A DNA stretch of 46,531 nucleotides from Oscillospiraceae bacterium (lineage in GTDB: Bacteria > Bacillota > Clostridia > Oscillospirales > Oscillospiraceae), in contig SVKT01000001.1 in assembly GCA_015068335.1 (NCBI GenBank), positions 1-46,531 on the forward strand, given 5' to 3'. Both the position numbers and the translations under genes were made by a program. Within the stretch, counting starts at the first letter, position 1. The number at the start of each line of letters is the position of its first letter. The notes below the pieces were generated by a model. It ran no database searches, was not told the origin of the DNA, and worked only from the letters and a program-made list of their open reading frames with translations. This document shows positions 1-8,433 of the stretch, piece after piece.

Positions 1-1802
1 GCACGGGACATCACGCGCCAGACCTGCTGACGGGTCAGGTTGGACTTGCGGTCGAAGGTGGTTTCGGTCTTGCCGTTCATCAGACCGTTGGCGAAGACCC
101 AGCGGATGTCGTCATAGAAGGTCTCGCCGGGGGTCAGGTCGGTGAAAGCCAGGGTGGTGGGATAGGGAGTCACGGTGAAGGTAGCCTTGGTCTCCACACC
201 CATAGAGTTGATATAGGTGAAGTTGACCTGGGTGGTGCCGTTGATGGCGATGCTGTCCTGCTGCTTGGAGAAGTTGGCGTCCATCAGACGGACGGCCTTG
301 CCGGAGGTCAGAATGTCGCCGGTGACGATGGAGGTCTTATCCTCCACCTTGCACTGATAGGTGCCGAAGTTCTGGATGTCGCCCGCGGTGGTGGGGGCAG
401 AAACCTTGGTGCCGAGGATGGAAACCATATCGGTGCCGTCGGCGACGGTGGTGCTCAGGGGCTCCACGGGCTCGATGAGGCGGTTGTCGATGATGTACTG
501 GGAGATGGACAGGGGGAAGAACTTGCCGGTGGTCCACAGGCTGTAACGCTGGGTGCCGTTGATGTCCTTCACGTCGTCAGCCAACTGGATGACCTTGGAG
601 GGAGGTGCATCAATGTAGCCGGCCATTTCCTCGGTGTAACTGTCCAGATAGCGACGGTCGGCGAATTCGATGACGGTGCCGTAGCCGGGCTTATCCATAT
701 AAGCGAGGGTTTCCTGCATAAACCAGCAGTGGTGACCCATCAGCATATAGGTCTTCTCGTCCAGAGGATAGTTCAGCAGTTCGCCGACCTTGTAGGAGAT
801 CTTCATCGCGTTTTTGCGAATGGCCTCGCCGCCCAGGTTGGTGTAGCCGCTGTCCCACTGAACGTTACCGGTCACGGTGTGATAGGAGAGGAAGACGTTG
901 GGCTGGATCTTGGTGACATAGTCGTTCAGCGCGGTGTTTTCCTTGGACAGGGAGATGCCCTCGGCGGTAGCGCGGGTGCCCAGATAGTCGGTCCAGGCGG
1001 GGTTGGGATAGTTGTTATAGGCGTTGAGGTTGACGCCGCCCCACATCTTCTTCATCTCGGTATCGTACATACTGTTGTGCAGGTCGATGCCGCGGATGTT
1101 GGACTTCCAGTACTGGAAAGCGTCATCACGCTCGGGATCGGGATTCTGGGTATACAGGTCTGCGTCGGTGTCGTGATACATCTTGTTGGCTTCGCAGTAC
1201 TTGTTCATACCCTTGACCTGAGAAACCAGGAACTTCTCGATCTGTGCCTTCTCGGTGGAGTCGATGGTCACCTCGGGGGCATCCAGAGAATCCAGGCCGA
1301 ACATAGCCAACTGGGCGCCGTCGGGGTTGTGCATAGGCAGGAAGTAGAACTGGCAGCGCTCCATCAGGTCGCAGACGCGCTCGCCGTCGATGGTGTTGTA
1401 GTAGTTCTTCAAATAGAACTCGATCTGCAACATACACAGTTGGGAGGTGATGTACTCGCGGGCGTGGGTGTTGGCCATCACGAAGGTGCGGTTGGGGGCG
1501 GAATCCTTGCCCATCACCACCACGTACAGGGGGCGGCCCAGTTCGGAGTAGCCGATGATTTCCAGACGCATCAGGTCGGGATACTGTGCCTGCAAGGTTT
1601 GCAGGTCGGCAGCATAGTCGCTGAAACGATAGGTCTGCTCGGTCTTGTCGATCAGGCTTTCATAATCAACATAGGGTTCCAGGAAGGTGCCGGCCTGATT
1701 CAGGGTGAGCCAGGTCGTCTTGTTGTGGACTGCACCGGCCGTCATAGACAGCAGCATAGCCACAAGCAGTGCCAGGGAAGTGATGCGCAGGTGCTTTTTC
1801 AT
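1..1802 (-). CDS. Secreted M14 zinc carboxypeptidase with C-terminal SLH domain(s); 3' end runs off the window
   Basis: Not in the ORF track (no stop in window). Manual translation from ATG 1802 with RBS AAGGAG: signal peptide MKKHLRITSLALLVAMLLSMTAGA, Zn motifs HARE and SYHT, SLH-like FTDLTPGETFYDDIRWVFANGLMNGKTETTF..LTRQQ at the edge. Confidence 0.85.
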   Translation of the reverse strand, partial: MKKHLRITSLALLVAMLLSMTAGAVHNKTTWLTLNQAGTFLEPYVDYESLIDKTEQTYRFSDYAADLQTLQAQYPDLMRLEIIGYSELGRPLYVVVMGKDSAPNRTFVMANTHAREYITSQLCMLQIEFYLKNYYNTIDGERVCDLMERCQFYFLPMHNPDGAQLAMFGLDSLDAPEVTIDSTEKAQIEKFLVSQVKGMNKYCEANKMYHDTDADLYTQNPDPERDDAFQYWKSNIRGIDLHNSMYDTEMKKMWGGVNLNAYNNYPNPAWTDYLGTRATAEGISLSKENTALNDYVTKIQPNVFLSYHTVTGNVQWDSGYTNLGGEAIRKNAMKISYKVGELLNYPLDEKTYMLMGHHCWFMQETLAYMDKPGYGTVIEFADRRYLDSYTEEMAGYIDAPPSKVIQLADDVKDINGTQRYSLWTTGKFFPLSISQYIIDNRLIEPVEPLSTTVADGTDMVSILGTKVSAPTTAGDIQNFGTYQCKVEDKTSIVTGDILTSGKAVRLMDANFSKQQDSIAINGTTQVNFTYINSMGVETKATFTVTPYPTTLAFTDLTPGETFYDDIRWVFANGLMNGKTETTFDRKSNLTRQQVWRVMSR

Positions 1803-1940
1803 ATTGACTCTCCTTAACAAAATGGGTTTTTAGGGACTCTTACGAAATTCAGTATATTGTACAGAGGGGGGAAATCTCAATGCTCGTTTTTTTACGCAAA
1901 GTTCATTTTTTCTCGGTTTTCAGAGGGGGGGTGGGATGGC

Positions 1941-3251
1941 TCACTGTGCGGCGGGGGAAGTGAGTTCCGGGACCAGATGGTTGTCCATAATGTACTGGGA
2001 CAGAGCCAGGGGGAAGAACTTGCCGGTGGTCCACAGGCTGTAACGCTGCTTACCGTCGTTGGTGACCACGTCATCCGTCAACTGGATGATCTTGGTGGGC
2101 GGGGTGTCGATGTATCCCTCGGGATAGTTGCCCACGTTGTCCAGATAACGGCGGGTGGCCAGTTCGATGGTCACACCGTAGCCGCAGGAGGGCATATACT
2201 TCAAGGTCTCATTCATAAACCAGCCGGGGTGGCCCATCAGCATATACTCACGGTCGTCCACCTCGAAGTTCAGCAGGTCGCTGGCCTTGCAGGAGATGCT
2301 GGTGGCGTTTGCCAGCAGCGTGGCGTCGCCCAGTTTGCTGTAAGCATAGTTCCACTGGATGACGTTGCTGGCGGTGTGATAACTGACCAGCAGGTTGGGC
2401 TTGATCCTGGCCACATAGTCGCTCAGCACCCGGTTTTCCGCAGACAGGTCCACACCCACCAGGTCCATAGTGCCCATATAGTTCTGCCAGCCGGGAACGG
2501 GGAAGTTCTCGAAAGTGCCGGGGGTGCGCTCGCCCTTTGCTTTGGCTTCCTTCCAGGTTTCCAGGGTTTCGGCGGTGTACATACTGTTGTGCAGGTCCAC
2601 GCCGCGGACGTTGCACTTCCAGTACATAAAGGCGTTTTCCCGCTCGGGGTCGGGGTTCTTGGAGTAGAACTCGGCGTCGGAGGCGTGGTAGAGGGGGTGA
2701 TTCTCACAGAACTCGTGCATAGGATCCAGTTCCCCCAGCAGGAACTTACGCAGTTCGGCCTTGTCCTCCGCGGAGATGGTCAGTTTGGGATCGTCCAGAG
2801 ATTTCAGGCCCTGCATAGACAGCATCGCGCCGTCGGGGTTGTGCAGGGGCATAAAATAGAACTGGCAGCGTTCCAGCAGGTCGGAAACGCGCTCGCCGTT
2901 GATGGTTTTGTCGTAGTTGCGCAGGTAGAACTCGATTTGCAGGACGGAAAGTTGCGTGGCGACATATTCGCGGGCGTGGGTGGTCGCCATAACCAGCATA
3001 CGGTTGGGGGCGGTGTCCTTGCCCATCACCACCACGTAGATGGGGCGGCCCAACTCGGAATAGCCGGCAATTTCCAGACGGATCAGGTCGGGATACCGGT
3101 CGCGCAGTTGGAACAGATCTTCCTCGAACTCGTTGAACAGGTAGAGTTCCTTCGTTTTGTCAAACACACTGGGATAATCCTTGAAAGGTTCGTCGAAAGT
3201 GCTGGCCTGGTTCAGGGTCTGCCAGGACATTTCTTCGTGGATCATAGACAT
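1941..3251 (-). CDS. M14 zinc carboxypeptidase (gamma-D-glutamyl-meso-DAP peptidase-like), no signal peptide
   Basis: HARE, NPDG, RGVDLHN and SYHT motifs; close paralog of the adjacent gene. Confidence 0.85.
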   Translation of the reverse strand: MSMIHEEMSWQTLNQASTFDEPFKDYPSVFDKTKELYLFNEFEEDLFQLRDRYPDLIRLEIAGYSELGRPIYVVVMGKDTAPNRMLVMATTHAREYVATQLSVLQIEFYLRNYDKTINGERVSDLLERCQFYFMPLHNPDGAMLSMQGLKSLDDPKLTISAEDKAELRKFLLGELDPMHEFCENHPLYHASDAEFYSKNPDPERENAFMYWKCNVRGVDLHNSMYTAETLETWKEAKAKGERTPGTFENFPVPGWQNYMGTMDLVGVDLSAENRVLSDYVARIKPNLLVSYHTASNVIQWNYAYSKLGDATLLANATSISCKASDLLNFEVDDREYMLMGHPGWFMNETLKYMPSCGYGVTIELATRRYLDNVGNYPEGYIDTPPTKIIQLTDDVVTNDGKQRYSLWTTGKFFPLALSQYIMDNHLVPELTSPAAQ

Positions 3252-3392
3252 TTCGCATCTCCTTTTGTGCGGTATGGTTTGCAGGGGCGTTTTTAACGAA
3301 ACTAACTTACAGAAAGCAACTTACAGTATATTGGATAAGAATGAATATTTCAATCTTCTTTTTCCGAATATGGTCAATTTTTACGGAGCCGT

Positions 3393-4601
3393 TCAGACTG
3401 TGATGCGAAAATCGCCCCGGGCGGTTGCCTCCTGTCGGCGCTGCTTGTCCTCCGCCTGCAAATCCAGCATCACGGAGATGACCCGGTTGGAAACCAGAAA
3501 GCCTTTGGGCGTGAGGTGCCAGCGGCCGTCCGTCTGCGCGGCATAGCCCGCCTTTTCGCATTCTGTCAGGAAGGGGAGGAAGCAGGTGAAGCGGCGGCGG
3601 AAGCGGGCTTCGTACTCTCTGGGATCCAGTCCGTGAACGGTACGCAGCCCCAGCATCAGCCACTCCGTGTCCCGATCCATCGGGTCGATGCGGTCGTTTT
3701 CGGAAAAGAGCATTGCGCCGCCTTTTGCGCCGCGGATGTAGGCTTCCAGATCTTTCTCGTAAGCATAGCGCACGCCGCCGAAGTCGGAATGGGCGCCGGG
3801 ACCGAAGCCGGCGTATTCGCCCAACTGCCAGTATTTCAGGTTGTGGCGGGACTCCCGGCCGGGGAGCGCGAAGTTGGAGATCTCGTACTGGCGATAGCCG
3901 TGCTGTGCCAGAACGTCCACCGTGTGGAGATACATATCCGCCTGGACCTCGTCATCGGGCAGGTTGGCGGAATCCCGGACGGCAAACAGCGGCGTTCCCG
4001 GCTCGACTTTCAGCCCGTAACAACTCAAATGTTCCGGCGCAAGAGCCACGGCGGCCACAAGATTTTCTGCCCAGCGTTCCATCGTCTGTCCCGGCAGGCC
4101 GTAGATCAGGTCGAGGGAGAGGTTCCCAAAGCCGGCCCGGCGCGCGGCCTCCACGGCGGTGCACACCTGTTCGGTCGTGTGGATGCGGCCGATGCGGCGC
4201 AGTTCGTCGTCGCAGGCGGACTGCATCCCCAGGGAGATGCGGTTGAAGCCCGCCCGGCGCAGGGTGCGGAGGGCTTTCCAGTCGCCGGCGGAGTCGGGGT
4301 TGGCCTCCAACGTGATCTCCGCATCGGCGGAGAGCCGGTATTTTTTTGTGATCACTTTCAGAATGCGGGACAGCCGCTCCGCGCCCAGATAACTGGGTGT
4401 GCCGCCGCCGAAATACACGGCATCCACGACATAGCCTGCGGCAAAAGGCGCTGTTTCGGTCAGGTGGGCGCAGAGGGCGTCGGTGTAGGCGTCCATACGG
4501 CTCTCGCTGCCGGACAGGGAATAAAAGTCGCAGTAGACGCACTTCTGGGCACAGAAAGGGATATGGATATAAAGACCGAGGCATTTCGGCTTCGTGTTCA
4601 T
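3393..4601 (-). CDS. hemW: Radical SAM heme chaperone HemW (HemN-like)
   Basis: YIHIPFCAQKCVYCDF, GGGTPS, YEISNF and HNLKYW motifs; start reassigned to MNTKPK with RBS GGAGG. Confidence 0.92.
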   Translation of the reverse strand: MNTKPKCLGLYIHIPFCAQKCVYCDFYSLSGSESRMDAYTDALCAHLTETAPFAAGYVVDAVYFGGGTPSYLGAERLSRILKVITKKYRLSADAEITLEANPDSAGDWKALRTLRRAGFNRISLGMQSACDDELRRIGRIHTTEQVCTAVEAARRAGFGNLSLDLIYGLPGQTMERWAENLVAAVALAPEHLSCYGLKVEPGTPLFAVRDSANLPDDEVQADMYLHTVDVLAQHGYRQYEISNFALPGRESRHNLKYWQLGEYAGFGPGAHSDFGGVRYAYEKDLEAYIRGAKGGAMLFSENDRIDPMDRDTEWLMLGLRTVHGLDPREYEARFRRRFTCFLPFLTECEKAGYAAQTDGRWHLTPKGFLVSNRVISVMLDLQAEDKQRRQEATARGDFRITV

Positions 4602-4671
4602 AGCAGACCTCCCGCGTAACGGATCGATGTTCCTGTTCAGTGTACCGCGCGGGGCGGGGAAATGCAACGAT

Positions 4672-4700
4672 GTATATTTTTTCCGCGCTGTGGGATACTG
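4672..4700 (+). promoter_or_regulatory. SigG/SigF-type forespore promoter for spoVAC
   Basis: GTATA-N17-GATACTG resembles the sigG consensus GNATA-N17/18-CATACTA and lies upstream of a spoVA gene. Confidence 0.5.
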
Positions 4701-4721
4701 GGCGGGAAAGGGGCGAGAGCG

Positions 4722-5159
4722 ATGGATATGACTCCCGAACAATACAAAAAATACGTGCAGGAACGAGCGAAGAAGTCGCCGATCTGGAAGGACGTTGCGC
4801 TGGCCTTTGTCATCGGCGGACTGATCTGCGTGCTGGGTCAGGCGATCCAGGACGGATGGAGCGCTGCCGGGCTGAACAAGGAGGACGCCGGCACGGCAAC
4901 GTCCTGCTCGCTGGTACTGATCTCCGCGCTGCTGACGGGGCTGAACCTCTACAATAAACTGGCGCGCTGGGGCGGTGCGGGGACGCTGGTGCCCATCACG
5001 GGTTTTGCCAACGCGGTGGTGTCGCCTGCCATCGACTTCAAGAGCGAGGGGTTCATCACCGGTATGGCGGCGAAAATGTTCACCGTAGCCGGGCCGGTCA
5101 TCGTGTTCGGCACGCTGGCCAGCGTGATCTACGGCGTGGTATTGATGCTGACGCAGTGA
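4722..5159 (+). CDS. spoVAC: Stage V sporulation protein AC
   Basis: AFVIGGLICVLGQ, GAGTLVPITGFANAVVSPA and MFTVAGPVIVFG motifs. Confidence 0.93.
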   Translation: MDMTPEQYKKYVQERAKKSPIWKDVALAFVIGGLICVLGQAIQDGWSAAGLNKEDAGTATSCSLVLISALLTGLNLYNKLARWGGAGTLVPITGFANAVVSPAIDFKSEGFITGMAAKMFTVAGPVIVFGTLASVIYGVVLMLTQ

Positions 5160-5164
5160 AAAAC

Positions 5165-5200
5165 AAAGGAAGCCTGCCGCAAGAAAAGCAGGCTTCCTTT
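5165..5200 (+). terminator. Intrinsic terminator after spoVAC
   Basis: AAAGGAAGCCTGC...GCAGGCTTCCTTT inverted repeat. Confidence 0.65.
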
Positions 5201-5490
5201 CTCTTTGCTGCGGTAGGGACAAAGTTGTCTGGTTGACGTACAGAGGGAAATGTGGTACGGTGGATCCTGTCAGAGAAGGAAACGGTTTGGTTGAAGTAGT
5301 TCCGTAATGCGGAGGATCTGTGCTTCTTATGCAAGTGAGCAGGGCAGATCCGGCGTTTTACAAAGATTATTTTGACGCGACCGTGACCTGACACAACGGG
5401 GGGAGTCTGTCCGTATCCGGACAGGCTGTTTCCTGCTGCGCGGGTCTGTTTTCTTTTTCTGAACAAAAAATCAGTTCGGAGGAAAACAGT

Positions 5491-6366
5491 ATGAGAATGT
5501 CAAAAGATTTCAAAATGGGAGAATGGAAGGCACTGAAAAACGCCGTATGTGAAAAAACCGGACGATACCTCGGGAACGGGTTGCTGGGTCAGGCGTTCAC
5601 AAGGCGCTCCTATACCGCGGAGCACGGCGGGGAAAACAATGAGATTTTGGAGTTCATCGGTGACCGGGTGCTGGATGACTATGTGGTCAAAGCCCTTGCC
5701 AAACGGTACGGCGCGCGGAAGGAAACCGGCGAATACGTGTGCAGAGTCCGGGAAAACCGGCTTGCGGAATTAAAGCAGGAACTGGTCAGCAATAAGACGC
5801 TTGCCGCCATCGTGGACGAATGGGGCATTGAGGAATATCTGTTTGTAGGGAAGAGCGATTACAACAATTGGGCGGAAGTGCAGGAGAAGGCAAAGGCGGA
5901 CCTGTTCGAAGCGATCCTCGGGGCAATTGCGGTGGAGAGCGACTGGGACGCAGCGGTTTTGGAGCAGACGGTCGAAAAGATGCTCTCCCTTGATGCGCGG
6001 TTGCAGGTCGTTCTGGAAACAGAACAGCGCCTGCCGTGTTTTCGTCTTGAAAACGCTGTTACCACACTGAAAGAACTGGCGGAGCAGCGCGAATGCCCGC
6101 CGCCTGTTTATGAATTCCACGGACCGGACGAGGTTGGATATGACAAGGACGGAACCCCGGTCTGGTTCTGCACCTGTATGACGGCAGAATGGGGGATTCG
6201 GCTCACAGTGCGGGCATCTTCCAAAAAAGCGGCGAAACAGTATGCCGCATATCTTGTGTTGTGCCGGCACTATGGATTGCAGAATGAATATGGCCCAAAC
6301 AGGATCTGTGTTTACTGGGAGTATAAAGACGGGAAACTGATTCCCGGTGGAGAGATGAAAGCATAA
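5491..6366 (+). CDS. Ribonuclease III family protein (RNase III domain plus dsRBD), divergent accessory copy
   Basis: NEILEFIGDRVL signature, KADLFEAILGAI, and dsRBD-like TTLKELAEQ...SSKKAAKQYAA. Confidence 0.85.
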   Translation: MRMSKDFKMGEWKALKNAVCEKTGRYLGNGLLGQAFTRRSYTAEHGGENNEILEFIGDRVLDDYVVKALAKRYGARKETGEYVCRVRENRLAELKQELVSNKTLAAIVDEWGIEEYLFVGKSDYNNWAEVQEKAKADLFEAILGAIAVESDWDAAVLEQTVEKMLSLDARLQVVLETEQRLPCFRLENAVTTLKELAEQRECPPPVYEFHGPDEVGYDKDGTPVWFCTCMTAEWGIRLTVRASSKKAAKQYAAYLVLCRHYGLQNEYGPNRICVYWEYKDGKLIPGGEMKA

Positions 6367-6395
6367 AAAGGAGCGACGGCGAAGCCGTCGCTCTT
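6366..6395. terminator. Bidirectional terminator between convergent genes
   Basis: GAGCGACGGC-GAA-GCCGTCGCTC hairpin flanked by A/T runs. Confidence 0.65.
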
Positions 6396-6399
6396 GATT

Positions 6400-7113
6400 T
6401 TAGAGAAGCACCTCCGCGTTGGTGCCGTAGAAAATATCGTCTTTCCCGCTGATGAGCCGGCAGAACTCCTCCATCTTTGCCCAGTTGTCGGGGGCGAAAT
6501 CCATTTCGTAAGCGTGTCCCCAGATATAGAAGATCTGCGGTTTGTCTGTTTCCAGTTCCACAAACCGCCGCCCCAGTTCCATCAGCCGGTCGAACTGGCG
6601 GACGTGGAACACGTTGGGGTTGAAGCGGTACAGATCCGGCTGCGGGTCGAAACGGTCGGTGTTGGTGATGGTGCGGCAGTAGCGGATGCCGGTGTGCTCC
6701 CGGATCAGGCGTGCTACCCGCTCGTCGTTGTTCACGCCGCCGCAGGGATAGGCCATACCCACCACCTCATACCCCACCAGTGCGGAGAGGTTCTGCCGGT
6801 CCTGTTCCACTTGCCGGATGACCTCTGCATCTTCCAGCGTGGTCAGATTGGGGTGGGTCAGGGTATGCACGGCGACTTCGTGCCCCTCGTAGACAAATTT
6901 CACGTCCTCCGGGTGGATCTTGTATTGGGAGAAGCGGCGGCCGTCCCGGCGCATAATGCCCGGTTTGCCCAGCAGTTCCGAGTTGAGGTTGAAGGTGGCT
7001 TTCAGCCCGTATTGATCCAGCAGTTCAATGAGGCGGATGTCCTGCGTCACGCCGTCGTCATAACTGAATGTGACGGCTTTCCGCTTGTCTTGTTCTTTGA
7101 ATCTCATATACAC
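6400..7113 (-). CDS. Polysaccharide deacetylase (CE4/NodB) family protein
   Basis: TFSYDDG, HEVAVHTLTHP, AYPCG and IWGHAYE motifs. Confidence 0.88.
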   Translation of the reverse strand: MYMRFKEQDKRKAVTFSYDDGVTQDIRLIELLDQYGLKATFNLNSELLGKPGIMRRDGRRFSQYKIHPEDVKFVYEGHEVAVHTLTHPNLTTLEDAEVIRQVEQDRQNLSALVGYEVVGMAYPCGGVNNDERVARLIREHTGIRYCRTITNTDRFDPQPDLYRFNPNVFHVRQFDRLMELGRRFVELETDKPQIFYIWGHAYEMDFAPDNWAKMEEFCRLISGKDDIFYGTNAEVLL

Positions 7114-7164
7114 ACCGCCCCTTTCCTGACTTTATTATATTGCGGAATCCGGAGAAGTAAAGCC

Positions 7165-8088
7165 TTATGCAGCGCGGCGCTTGCGGAAATACGTCAGGCA
7201 GAGCACCGCGGCCACGGCCAGAAACGGCAGGACGCCGACGATGCCTGTGGGGGCAGGACCGATGAAGGGGTTTCCTCCGTCGAACGTCAGGTAAATGCCG
7301 ATGGCTGCAATGCCGTTGATGGCGCCGTGAGCCAGAACGGCGGGAATGCAACTCCGGGTTTTCAGCGTCAGCCAGGAGAGGAAGATCCCCATCACGATGC
7401 AGAAACCGCACATCGCGGCGATGCCGGTGAAAGGATAGCCGGGATAGCCCATCCCGTAATTGTGTCCCGCAATGGTCAGAGGTGCGTGCCACAGACCCCA
7501 GATGACGCCGGTGACCAGCAGCGTGGGAATGGGCGGCAGTTTCGCTGCCATCTTGGGCAGCAGGTATCCCCGCCAGCCCCACTCCTCGCCGAAGCAGTTG
7601 ACAAAATTCATAACAGGAGCGAGGAAGAAGGCCTGCGCCGTCTGGATCAGCATCAATGCGGGCAGGGGGATGGGGAGCGTGCTCATATCGGCGCCGGCGG
7701 ATGCCAGCGTGGCGCTGAAATAGCCCAGCGAGGGGTCAAACTGCTGCGGGAAAAGCAGGAAATAGAGTCCTGCGCCCAGCAGAGTGAGGATCCCGGGGCC
7801 GAACCACGCCGCCAGATACATTTTAAGATTTCCTTTGAAATGGGGATGGAGCCAGGCGCTTTGCAAACCCTCTTTTGTGAGCAGACGGGTCAGCAGAACG
7901 CCGACAGAGGGAAAGAACATTGCTGCCGCCACGGCCAGTTGCGCGGCGATGGGGGGCAGGCCCGCCAGCGTGCCGCCCCGCAGCAGCGGATAGACCACGG
8001 CAAGACAGTAGGCCCAGGTGAGAGAAAAGGTGATGACCAGAAAGAGCAGGATCCGCTTCGTTTCCGTTTTGTGATTGGTGGTTTCCAT
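7165..8088 (-). CDS. CPBP (CAAX/Abi) intramembrane metalloprotease
   Basis: GEEWGWRGYL, WGLWH and AHGAIN motifs; multiple TM segments; start reassigned to METTNHK. Confidence 0.9.
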   Translation of the reverse strand: METTNHKTETKRILLFLVITFSLTWAYCLAVVYPLLRGGTLAGLPPIAAQLAVAAAMFFPSVGVLLTRLLTKEGLQSAWLHPHFKGNLKMYLAAWFGPGILTLLGAGLYFLLFPQQFDPSLGYFSATLASAGADMSTLPIPLPALMLIQTAQAFFLAPVMNFVNCFGEEWGWRGYLLPKMAAKLPPIPTLLVTGVIWGLWHAPLTIAGHNYGMGYPGYPFTGIAAMCGFCIVMGIFLSWLTLKTRSCIPAVLAHGAINGIAAIGIYLTFDGGNPFIGPAPTGIVGVLPFLAVAAVLCLTYFRKRRAA

Positions 8089-8212
8089 AGATTCCTCCTT
8101 GCAGCGTCTTTTACTGGGCTTAGTATACACGTTCCACTTGGGGGAAAGTCAAGCATTTGCGGTGTGGTCCGAAGGCGTTATTTTTTTCAGACTTATAAAG
8201 TTGACATAACGG

Positions 8213-8242
8213 TGTGGAAAACTGTGTGGAAAATGTGAAAAA
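8213..8242 (-). promoter_or_regulatory. Cluster of three DnaA boxes
   Basis: TGTGGAAAA at 8213 and 8225 and TGTGAAAAA at 8234 match TTWTNCACA on the minus strand. Confidence 0.55.
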
Positions 8243-8359
8243 CCCTGAAATATGAACGGTTTATGAAGGTGGCAGAAAGATTATGGAAAAAGTTACGTAA
8301 TAACATTTTTCATCGAAAAGTGAAGAATATCAGAAAATAAGTGCTTCCGAGAGGAATAC

Positions 8360-8388
8360 TTGAACCTGTGGTAAAACCGTGATACAAT
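8360..8388 (+). promoter_or_regulatory. SigA promoter of the topoisomerase operon
   Basis: TTGAAC-N17-TACAAT with extended -10 TG. Confidence 0.6.
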
Positions 8389-8433
8389 ACTATATATTGA
8401 TTTTCTGGCATATTCTGCCTGTTTGGAGGAACT

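Noticed and set aside
729-1817. 362-aa + strand ORF, and other long antisense ORFs such as 1857-3296, 6394-8238, 10468-12921, 23365-25269 and 39848-42760
   Set aside because: Shadow frames opposite well-supported genes, expected at high GC; no motifs or RBS.
8199-8226. Chromosomal dif site
   Set aside because: Only one arm resembles dif; the other does not match a XerC arm. Kept only as a note in a finding.
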